Shown here piece by piece: positions 36,367-47,627 of a stretch of DNA of 64,000 nucleotides. Source of the DNA: Spongospora subterranea f. sp. subterranea. Its lineage: Eukaryota. The notes beneath the pieces are model-generated. The model ran no database searches and was not told the DNA's origin. It saw nothing but the letters and a program-made list of their open reading frames with translations. Positions within the stretch are counted from its first letter, which is position 1. Each line of letters opens with the position of its first letter. A program made the position numbers and the translations under genes. The DNA lies in contig JAUGWO010000027.1 of the NCBI GenBank assembly GCA_049724395.1, positions 1 to 64,000 of the forward strand. The letters are read 5' to 3'.

Positions 36367-38709
36367 ATGTTTAACGAAATACGCGCCGAAAAGATTCCAC
36401 GAGCAGGTTCATTGACGGAAACCACAAAGACGAAACAGCTTTCCGGTGCCTTTCGTCCTCAGCTGGCAACGGTTTCTTGACAGAAACCGGGGAGTGCGAG
36501 GATCGAACCGGTACAAGATCTGGTCTAGATATGGGTCTGGAGGCGCTTCTTGATGGTGTAAAATGTGCCCAACAGATGTCGCCACCTCGATCCGTCAAGA
36601 ACAGTTTGCTTGAGTTTCTGGACCAGCAAGACCAGGAAGAACATGAGTTGGGCTCCGCCCCTGGCGTACTACCCAGGAACGCGGTCGATTCACCGGGCGA
36701 CGTCGCGTCGCTGGTCTTCAAGGAAGTCAAGCACAAGATGGTGTCACTGCAAATACGATTAGAAGACCAAGAGAAGGAAATACTTCTGCTGAACGAGGCG
36801 CTGGATTGTCGTAAGCGGAAAATGACGCAAATGGCTCAAAAACTCGAGGAAGAAACTATGATGAAACTGAAAGAGCAGAAAGGTGAAAATGGAAATTTTT
36901 CGATTTGAACCAGAAACTCCAAGCTCTGACCGCTGATTGTTTCAGATGAGTTTGAGGCAACAATACAAAGGCAGTTGGCGTTTTCGAAGGCGGTTTTATG
37001 CGAGAAAGAAGAGCTGTCGAGAAGGGTGGAAGAGCTGGTCGGAGAGAATCTGAGTAAGATGGACAAGGATGTGAACGCCAAAATACGATTGGCGAAGGTG
37101 ATACCACTGGGCGGTGCTCTCCGAGTTAGCGAGTGATTTCGGGTTCTAGGAAGAGGAGCAACGGAGAACGAGAAAGTTGAAAGAATCGATGCGCGTTGGG
37201 GAGAAATCTAGGAGAGAACGCATCGTGAACGAAATGAGGGAAACCATTAAGCAGGACACGATCAAGGCGTTGGAACCGGAAATCCAGCGATTAATTGATC
37301 AGATTGGCATCGAGAAAGCAAGTAATGAACGCTAAATCTGTGCGGATTTGAACCTTTTTTTAACTTTTGTTTCGATTTTTAGAGGCGATGACCGACCAAG
37401 AGGAAGCTCTAAGAGCTCAGAATCGGGTTCATCAAGACGTGTTAGCTCAGTTGAAGCAGCAATGCGACAGCGAGCATGAACGGATATTGGAGGATGAGCG
37501 AAAGCTGAGCGCAGACCGAATTCAACGAATTTTGTTGGATCGAGAACTGTGCATAGAACAGGTCTGGGCACAAACGGTAATCAGCAAAGGTTCTGGCTGG
37601 GCTGAGTGAATATCAAGGCCAAACGACGGGTGGAACAGGAGAGGGATGATGAGCGAACGCGAATGAATTTCGAAAGGGATGAGCAGAAGAAAGCGTTTGA
37701 GGACGCCCTGAAGCGACTGAAGAGGGAACTAACGGAAGCTGTGAACGACAAAGAGAAACTATATGAACGGTTAATCGAGGATTGTAAACACAAAGGTACA
37801 ATGGAGCAATTTTGTCGTGTCAGGTAGAGGTTTAGTTGACCTTTAGACAATCATGTGAATGAACTCGATCGTGTGCCCGAGCATCAATTTCCCCAAGAAC
37901 AGTTCGACCAGGAGTTGAGCCGAAAGGTGCTCATGATTTTGTTCCATGACGTTTTCAGGACTGATTGGGTCTGTTTCTGTTTCGAAGGTGAACGATCTGA
38001 GGACACAAATGGAGAAGGAGAGAGATGAACAGATTGCGACGGTGATCAATCGGCTCGCCATTGAGTCGAGTCGTGACGATAAAGAATCTTCTGTAGAAAA
38101 CCCCGGATTTAGAGTGAATTCAAAGGATTGACAGCGTGTTTCGTAGGAAAAATTGTTGACGTTGGAACATCAACTCGCTTCTCAGCGACAGCACCAGCAA
38201 CAAAGAGAAAAGGAGCTCTGCGATCGCATCGATTCACTGCAAAGAGGCGAATCTTCAATTATCAGAACCAAACTCGCGAGAGAATTTGAAGCGAAGATTA
38301 GTGAAAAGGAATGGGAAATCGAGGCCCTTAGCGATATGATAAAGGCAGGAAAGGAGAGAGAAGTAGTAATGACAAAAGAAATAAACTCCCTGAGAGAGTA
38401 AGGTGTCACGTCTTTTACATCGAGATACTCATCGTTTTTTTCAGTGAAAAAGCGCGAATAACAATCGATCTGACCAACGAGCGGTCGGAGAGGGAAACCG
38501 AAAAAGCGGCGCTTCTGAAAGAGAAGGAAGACGAACTCTTGCGCATCCACGAAAGGGTTCGTTCAGTGCAAGCGAAGAAGGACACTGCCATACTGGAACT
38601 TCAAGCTAGGATAAGGGCGAAGGACCATGAGCGAGAAGTTGCCATGAAAACGCTGAAACAGCAGCAGTCTCAACTCCTGGAAGAGTTCACTGGATTGACC
38701 AGAGCATAA
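36367..38709 (+). CDS. CEP131: CEP131/AZI1-like centrosomal/ciliary coiled-coil protein, multi-exon
   Basis: 'EFEATIQRQLAF', 'IKQDTIKALEPEIQRLI' and C-terminal 'ELLRIHERVRSVQAKKD' match remembered CEP131 motifs; long coiled coils. Confidence 0.72.
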
Positions 38710-38777
38710 CCAACCTCAGGGGATGATATAATAGGCGAAACAAACGTGAGAACGGTTTTAAAGATTAGTTAGGAATT

Positions 38778-40154
38778 TTATTCTGCGACTAAAGCAAAAT
38801 GCTGCGTTTCCGCCTGACGTTGCCTTTTAACATCTCGCTCCGCGTCTTCTGAAGAATTATCGAGACGAGATCCCGCTGTATGTGATGATTGCACATTATC
38901 CCCGGCAGAAGGGGCTGCGAGCATCTCGTTGTTCTCTTCCGCTGAGGAGGCTGGCGATGCATGGCCGAACCCGCCAAACTGCTCCGGCAGGTCTAGACTA
39001 CCGTTGAGTGAAATCTTAGAATCGGGAAACGACGGATGATCATTGGAAGAAAATAGCATCGCTGTCGCAGGACGAATCGACGGTGAACCTAGAACTTGAT
39101 ATGAGGCACCTTCCTCGGGTTTTAAAACGGTTTCTGAAGAGTTCGCGGTCTCAGATCGATTGACCAACGGCGACTTTGTGTGAGAACGGGCACAGGCAGC
39201 ACAGCGACATATTCCGGTACATGACGGGCAGTGCCACACTTGTCCTGGACAATACTGTTGCGGTGCGATATTGTAAAACTTCATCAGGCAATGTGGGCAG
39301 TATTTCTTGCGACAGTTGCGCTTATCGGAACGGTGACGACGATCAAATTTACGCTGGCAAAATACGAGGCCTTCTGGACTCTAGAGAAAAAATATTGAGA
39401 TTGGAATGATAAACCTCGCGATGGGGTGGGAATTCACCTTAACGTTTTTACATTGATGGCAGCTGCTACCTCCTTTTTTCTTGTCTGTTTTCTCTGATTT
39501 ATCAAGAACAGCAACAGCCCCAGAATGAACCCTTGCCTGTATAGGTGCAATAGGCGTCTGAGCGGGTACGGTGGCAACGGGCGTGGATGACGCCGCCTGT
39601 ACAGGCGGTACTGGAATCGGCGTGGGAGCTGGTGTTGGCTCTACAATGGGTGCCTGCACCTGTTGCGGTACGGCGGCAGCGGCGGCGGTCGGCAACTGTG
39701 TGGATTGCTGCTGGACCGGCGCCTGTTGAGGACACGGAAGCGGATGCGGTTGTGCTTCCCGACATCGTTTAGTATGTTGATAATTTACGGAGTCCGCCAC
39801 AACAGCAGGTGTTTGGCCTCCTCTATCATCGTCCCCGTCTTTCTCGGCTAACGCGATGCTATCGCAGGTCACAACCAGCGACGGCTGAGGGAGAAATGGG
39901 TTAAGGTACGCATTCATGGCGTTCGGGCATAACAACCGTCCCCCGACCCGGACGCCTTGAAACAGATGCTCTTCGCGCCATGCCGATAAATGAATTTGGT
40001 GCTCATGTCCGTCGTTGGTGCGCATTACCACGTATTGCACGCCGATTCTTTCTAGATTGTCGATTAGATTGGAGAAAGGGCGCATCATCGTCATTTGGGT
40101 AAGGCTGGAAGCAGGTCCCGCTCCGATAGTTGTGGTATTCATTGTGATGGCCAT
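38778..40154 (-). CDS. zf-4CXXC_R1 (CDCA7-like zinc finger) domain protein
   Basis: 'GSSCHQCK', intron, 'CRKKYCPHCL..FY..WHCPSCTGICRCAAC'; Pro/Gln/Ala-rich linker. Confidence 0.82.
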
Positions 40155-40666
40155 TCGATATCAATTCGTAAACTGGGTGGTGAAAACTGCGTTCTCAGTC
40201 TGAAGTTGCGCCACGGACGCAATTTCTGAACTGCGCGGACAGTTGGTGATGGGAAGTTACGGTGGGCCCAAATGGCGGCTCTGTGTGTTCAATTTATAGC
40301 GCAGCCAGTGGTAGCGTTACATAGATTCGGCAATGGCGCCATCCCCGTGCCATACAGGGGAAAGTCATCGACGTTGTCGCCCTTGACGTACCGAGTGGCC
40401 AATGGGCAATGACACTGCAATAACTGAACTACCAGGCGTATCTTGATCAGGTGATTCGTCCAGATTATTCCTGATAATCAATCCGCCATCAAAGTTGCGT
40501 AATCTCAGATGACAATAAACTGTTGAGCGTTGGTGAACAGTTGTTTATGTGATACTTCTTCGTAATTTACTGGCCGGTAAACATTCAAAATTTACTGTTT
40601 TCAAACGTTAAATACAACGGCACCAGATCGAGAGGGTACGGATGTCAATAACCCAGAAACTCAACC

Positions 40667-42280
40667 ATGCTCGCTGACAGCGATTTGGAATTTGATGATG
40701 ACTTTATTGACATTGACGAGAGCAATAAAGTAGTCGACTCCAGAGAACCTGGAAACACAAATATAAGTGCCTTACGACTGACGCGTTCAGCTGACTCCAG
40801 AGGTTCATTTGTCTCGAACTATGACCGGTGCGTTTGTCGTCGCCGCAATCAACGGCATCTGATATTGTTCGTAGAACACTTCACAATGAAGTTCACAACT
40901 GGTCTTTGTTCCGGTACTATATATACCTGCTGGTCGAGTCATCTCTATTCAGTGCTTTCATCTTGTTGACGATTTTCGCAAACGTTGCCGCAATCACTAT
41001 GCAAATCAACAAGGTGCTCGTGTTTCGGTTCGGTTAGGAATCTTTCATTTGCCGCAAGGGAACATGCGATTACTCACGGCAAACGTGTTAGGATGGTATT
41101 TTTCTGTGATCGACAATGTATTTCTTGGCATCTACCAGACCGAACTGCTGATGAAGATGTATGTTTGGCGGATTCATTTCTTTCGCAACGGATGGAATAT
41201 GTTCGGTATCGCCACTTTGCCCATATTGAGATGTGCATCCTTGTGAACGATGCGGTAGATCTATTTGTTGTTTCCACTTCAACGCTAGAAGTGTGGTCGA
41301 TGATGTTTATTGGGTCATTGGGTGGAATTGACCCGAAAGTTCTTCGTCTTTTGCGAATTTTTCGAACACTACGAGCGATCCGGGCACTTCGGGTGCTGCG
41401 TACCATCACATTCCTTCGCAGTTTACAGGTCATCGCGACAACGTTGCTTAGATCACTACCTGCCATGAGCAACATTTTCGCCCTCATCGCTTTGGTCACC
41501 TGTTTGTGGAATATCAGATGATCTTTGCGAATTCAGTCCTGAAAGAATGTTGCTTGCAGATGTGTTTGCTATTATTGGTGTCAGTCTCTACAGGGACACT
41601 CTTCCAGAATGCTTTGCTGATTTGCCGACAGCGTGCTTCACTTTGTTTCAGATTATGACTCTTGACGACTGGTAAGATCGTACATTTCATCAGTTCGGTT
41701 ATGAACGGTGGCTACTAATTAGGTTTACGATATATGATCGAGGCAGAAATGCTAGCCCTTATATGATTTTCTACCTGGCTGCTGCTGTTATTACAGAAAC
41801 CTTCATTCTTGTGAATCTTTTGATTGCTGTCATCGTTAGCAATCTTGAGAACTCACATTATGTTCTCACAAAAGAGAAGATGCTGGCGCAAAAATTAAGG
41901 CAACATCGACTGGAGAGGCAACATGACATTGACAGATTTAGCCAAGCAAAAGTAACAACGTGAACTCGTAACTTTTTTCACAAGTAATCGAGGTTTTGCT
42001 ACATAGATTGGCAATTCGCCACTGACAAACCCTTCACTTGGGTCACCTTCTGAACTTAAGGTTGCACCTGACACGATGAGAAGGAAGAAACTCACGTCAA
42101 TGGCAATAATGCTCCAGGTTAGTCGATAAACTCTAACTTATCAAAGATAGTTAAGATGTATGCCAGAGCGCTCTAGAGAGCCAAATAGGCCAATTTCAAG
42201 GTCTCGAACAAGTTCATGATGATCTTTGCTCGACGCTCCTTGAGCATGCTGAGGATTCCACTGACCACAAAGAGAATTAA
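40667..42280 (+). CDS. Single-domain 6TM voltage-gated cation channel, CatSper-like
   Basis: S4 'LRLLRIFRTLRAIRALRVLRTI', pore 'FTLFQIMTLDDW', S6 'FILVNLLIAVIVSNL'; about eight short introns. Confidence 0.85.
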
Positions 42281-42334
42281 GAGATTGGTTTTACTTTGAA
42301 AATTTTTTTATGTAAAGTAAGCCTAGTTGCCACA

Positions 42335-45184
42335 TTAATATTGACAGCGTAGTGCTCCGATTGGCGGGATTTTTCCGCTGTCCACGCCAGCCAAAAACTC
42401 TTTGGTAGAGCTAGCGACTTTCGCAGGAGTGAACCCAAATTTATCATAAATCACCTATATGGAAACATGAGGCGCTGAGCTTCGATATAGTGATAAGTTC
42501 ATACCTCAGCTGGCGCAGATGCACCCCAGGCCTGAACAGCTATCGAGTAATGTGCATAGTCAGCCCATCCATGTGGTCCTTGCGCCTCTACAGAAATGAC
42601 AGGAACTCCTAGCGGTAACACCTGAACTTATGTCAGCAAAGGTTGCCCCATACTGGAAAGACTTAGTTGGACCTGTTTGCGGTACTCCACAGACTGCTGA
42701 TCGAATAAATCGAGAGATGGAGCGGAAACTACTCGAGAAGACACGCCATAATCCTTCTGAAGCACATCTGATGCTTGTACAGCTAGACATACTTCAGTAC
42801 CGGTGGCAACCAGAACAACATCCACGTTTTTGCCTAAAGAAAGATGAACCCAGATTCATTGATGAACCATCTTGGATTCTACCAGTTTCTTTGATTACGT
42901 ATGCTCCCATTGCTACTTTCTCACCAGAAGTGTTCTCTAACACTGCAGGAACGTTTTGTCGGGAAAATGCCAGAACAGTCGGTCCCGTTGAATTTTCAAT
43001 GGCAACAACATAGGATCCATTTACCTGAAGATGCAAATGAAAAACTGAAAACTCTCTCATTCACGAAAAAAAAAATACTTCATTTTGGTCAGCAGGTCGA
43101 ATCAATGTGACGTTAGGAGTTGCTCTAAGCAACGTTAAAACTTCAACGGGTTGATGGGTCGGGCCGTCTTCTCCCAAACCAATCGAATCGTGGGTCATGA
43201 CTAATATATGGCGTATACGGCTGATGGCCGCCATTCGGACCGCCTGTAATAACACCACAAAATTTGATATCAGATTACAGCATCCAGGTACATACATTGT
43301 CATACAGGAAAACCGTAAGTGATAAAGTTCAGGAATGTTGCGGTGAAAGGAATTAGGCCTCCATACAAAGATATACCGTTGCCAATAGCAATCATGCCAT
43401 GTTCGCGAACCCCAAACCTGCAAAAATGAAAACATGATATCAAAACAGAGAATATAGTCACCTGATATATCTTCCTTCAGGAGATTTGGGTTGGAAATCA
43501 TGCGAACATTGCAGCTCAGTGAGCGTGGACGGAGAGAGGTCCGCCGATCCCCCAATAAGTTCTGGAAAGATAGCTGCTGCTGCATTTAAAGTCTAACCCA
43601 ACGTTAACATGAACAAACCACGGCGTAGCTAGCACTTACAATGTTCGACATCTTTCTCGTAGCTACCGAACCAGACGATGTCTTTTGAAATAACGCATTT
43701 TTCCTAACCAAAAAAACAGCTTCGTAAAAATAGAAAAGTGATTACAATTATTAGGCGAACCATGACTCAGGAAGCTGCTCCGACAGCACTCTCGTTAATT
43801 GGGAGTGCAGCTGGGGATAGGAAGTATGGTACTGATAGCCAACGATTACACGAGGACGAAATATGAAACAGTGAAATTACGTTTGCAAACCGCTTCAACC
43901 ATTGTTCATATAGGATCTTATTCTCAACTGCAACTTCTTTAAACAGTCTCTGAACAGATTCCGGAACAAAAAAAAACTTCGCCGGGTCGAGCCCGCTTGC
44001 TAACTTCAACTGTGCAATATCCTCCGCTCCTAGTGGACTCCCATGGACACCTAGGGATGTTGGTACTTGATAAGGAAAATTTTTTGATAAATTACCATGA
44101 GTGCCGGCTTTCTTGGATGTGAAGCCGATAGTGGTTTTTAGCGAGATTAAACTTGGACGATCGGTAACCGAGCGAGCTTCCTGGTGCAACGTCAGAGTTA
44201 GTAGCAAGAACGCAGTTCATACTACCATAATCGCAGTTTCGATGGCAGTGAGATCGGAATTGCCGTTGGTGACTGTAATTGTATGCCATCCATAAGATTC
44301 GAACCGTTTGGGAACGTCTTCCGTAAACGATAAGCTAGTGTCGCCATCAATAGTTATCTGATCGCAAAGCTTTAAGTGCAAACCTTGATCTTACCATGAA
44401 ACATACCTTGTTGTCATCATATATAACTATGAGCCTCCCAAGCTTCTGATGACCTGCAAATGAGCACGCTTCGCTGCTTACCCCTTCCTGTAAGCAGCCA
44501 TCTCCACAAAATACATATGTGAAGTTGTTGAACAATTCGAACTCCGGACGGTTATAAACGGCAGCCTGGTGAACTTGGGCCATCGCCATGCCAACTATTG
44601 TAGGGTAAACCACGAATCTCGCAGAAAACCATACCAATTAAGCTACCTGCAGTTGATATTCCTTGCCCTAAAGGACCCGTCGTACAGTCTACCCCATGTG
44701 TATGGCGGTACTCGGGATGACCTGGTGTCTTGCTTTCCCATTGGCGAAACTCCTGCCCAAGTGATTGACGTCAGCAGGCAATTTCACAATTGTCGATGGG
44801 TCACCTTGAGGTCATCGACCGTGATGTTATAACCCAACAGATGCAACATGCTGTATAGTAATGCGCACCCTAATAAAAAAATCATCAACAATCCTAAGGT
44901 GGAAGACAACTGCATGCCATGGCCGTTTGAGAGAACGAAACGATCACGATTCACCCACTTGGAGTCGGTACTGGTCGCGTGAAGAAATTTAGTAAACAAT
45001 ACATAAGCAGCGGGAGCCATTCCAAGGGGCATGCCTAAAAAAATCCGAAAAAAATCAAAATACGAGTAGTTCGGTAAATTATCAACCCACCAGGGTGGCC
45101 AGAATTGGCTTTTTGCACCACATCCGCTGATAACGCTCGAATCGTCGACACTGCGAGCTTAACAACTTCGGAATCGGCCGTCAT
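42335..45184 (-). CDS. TKT: Transketolase, multi-exon
   Basis: '[14 protein letters not shown]', '[12 protein letters not shown]', 'GDGCLQEG', '[16 protein letters not shown]'. Confidence 0.96.
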
Positions 45185-46663
45185 TATAGCAATAGGAATC
45201 GGGAAACGCGAGATGGGAATTTCGGTTAGTGACGATAAACGCGGTAACAGAGGCGCTACTACTGATAGATTTGATTGTGGACCCTAATCCAACCGAGGAG
45301 TTACGGTAAATGACACCAGCTCCAGTATAAGCGAGCCCGAACCTGGCTGGCTTGACTACCTAAAAGAAAGACGGCATGCCACTGGCACGCACAATTTGTT
45401 CCAGTCGTTCAATCTGGTTGATTCCAGTCACTTCGTTTCAGATATTGAGGTAGAATGTGAGTCCCGTCCGAGGTGTGTATCGTGAAATCATTGAAACAAT
45501 CGCTGCTTGTTTTTACCGATCAACTCCTTTCCAAATCTGTAAATCGACCTTACGCGCGTTTAGTTCCGAATAAAAATCTTCTCACTGTCCAGTTTACTGA
45601 ATGTACAAGGACATTAGATGGATCAAAATTCAATAGGGATTGCAGAGTTCATTGTGTGGTCAAGTATCTGATGAGTGGTCTCCATCTATAATAATTTGCT
45701 GCATTCTCTGGCCAACGTTGAATGCTATTCGACATCACGTTTAGTATTTGTCCACATGCGAGGAGCAAATTCGCGATATGGTCCGTTAACGGTGCTGAGG
45801 TATCAATTCAGTGAATGCGAAGGTCCAGGCCATTCTCGATCTGTAAAGATTCTGCAGTTCGACGGGCATCTGAATATTGCTCATGGCAGATGAATTAGAA
45901 GCTGCAATCTTTCGCTTTTCATGAACAAGATCCGCAGCCGCTCATAAAACCGGTTTCAAAAACCGAAATCGACATCTTGCGAATTCGCTGCCTGGCGAAA
46001 AAACGCACTAGTTTTCCAAAAAGTGTGATTTTAAGCTTTCTATCACAGGCATATCTCAACAATTGTACGAAGAACCTTATATGGTTCTGTAGCTCTGTAC
46101 GTCGGTGTGATATTTCGGGACTTGGCAAGTTGAGTTTTGTAATTCCACAATAACGTTTTGATAGTCCGATGGTGTGGACCATGAGCCTATCGTCCAGGCA
46201 GGAACGTCTGGCGGCTGGAATATTTGAGTAAAAATACACTCCCTCCGTCCCATAAAAACCTATCGAAAACCAGTAATGCGCCAACTTAAGGTCATTTTTC
46301 ATCCGATTTGTTTGCTTTAAGTTGCGTCAGCCGCATGCCTGAAATCCAGATGTAAGAGTGCCGGAATAATATTTTTTGAATTTTTTTTCATTGCGTAATT
46401 CATGGCGAAATATGCGATTTTGTACGTCAACCAAGACTGACACTGAACTCGACAAAGGTTCCACAATTTAACTGATACAGGGATATTTTTTGTGATCGTA
46501 GATAGGCAAATTGACGCAGAATCCGACTATATTTTTTTGCGAGCAACTTGAAACTGCTGTAGGCCAGTTTGAAGATGGGCAATCCAGGATATTCCCAATT
46601 GATAGGTGAGACATTGACCATGATGGGACCTCCGTCAGGATCACATATCACATGTTACAAATC

Positions 46664-46808
46664 TCTATTGATCATGTTGTTGATAAAGTATGAGATGTAA
46701 TGGGGGACATGTGCCGTACTTCATTTACATAATGTCTAATATCTATTGATCATGTTGTTGATAAAGTATGAGATGTAATGGGGGACATGTGCCGTACTTC
46801 ATTACATA
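46664..46808. repeat. Two-copy tandem duplication (period about 78 bp)
   Basis: TCTATTGATCATGTTGTTGATAAAGTATGAGATGTAATGGGG(G)ACATGTGCCGTACTTCAT occurs twice. Confidence 0.9.
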
Positions 46809-46810
46809 TT

Positions 46811-47580
46811 GAAACAGGTGACCAATATAGACAATGTAACAGTGGGATTGGGAATACCACAGAACCAGTGTTGTCATAGAAACAGGTGACCAATATAGAC
46901 AATGTAACAGTGGGATTGGGAATACCACAGAACCAGTGTTGTCATAGAAACAGGTGACCAATATAGACAATGTAACAGTGGGATTGGGAATACCACAGAA
47001 CCAGTGTTGTCATAGAAACAGGTGACCAATATAGACAATGTAACAGTGGGATTGGGAATACCACAGAACCAATGTTGTCATAGAAACAGGTGACCAATAT
47101 AGACAATGTAACAGTGGGATTGGGAATACCACAGAACCAGTGTTGTCATAGAAACAGGTGACCAATATAGACAATGTAACAGTGGGATTGGGAATACCAC
47201 AGAACCAGTGTTGTCATAGAAACAGGTGACCAATATAGACAATGTAACAGTGGGATTGGGAATACCACAGAACCAGTGTTGTCATAGAAACAGGTGACCA
47301 ATATAGACAATGTAACAGTGGGATTGGGAATACCACAGAACCAGTGTTGTCATAGAAACAGGTGACCAATATAGACAATGTAACAGTGGGATTGGGAATA
47401 CCACAGAACCAGTGTTGTCATAGAAACAGGTGACCAATATAGACAATGTAACAGTGGGATTGGGAATACCTGCAGCACAGAACCAGTGTTGTCATAGAAA
47501 CAGGTGACCAATATAGACAATGTAACAGTGGGATTGGGAATACCACAGAACCAGTGTTGTCATAGAAACAGGTGACCAAT
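46811..47580. repeat. 68-bp minisatellite, 11 full units plus a partial unit
   Basis: Unit GAAACAGGTGACCAATATAGACAATGTAACAGTGGGATTGGGAATACCACAGAACCAGTGTTGTCATA starts at 46811, 46879 and so on. There is one substitution in unit 4 and a 6-bp insertion in unit 10; no unique spacers. Confidence 0.97.
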
Positions 47581-47627
47581 GTTGACAATAATATGGATAT
47601 TTCATTGTAATAGTATTATTAGTCATT

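Noticed and set aside
46239..46255. Stowaway/mariner-like end CTCCCTCCGTCCCATAA
   Set aside because: No matching opposite end or transposase seen nearby.
46811..47580. Possible CRISPR array
   Set aside because: Units are contiguous and essentially identical, with no unique spacers, no cas genes and a eukaryotic context.
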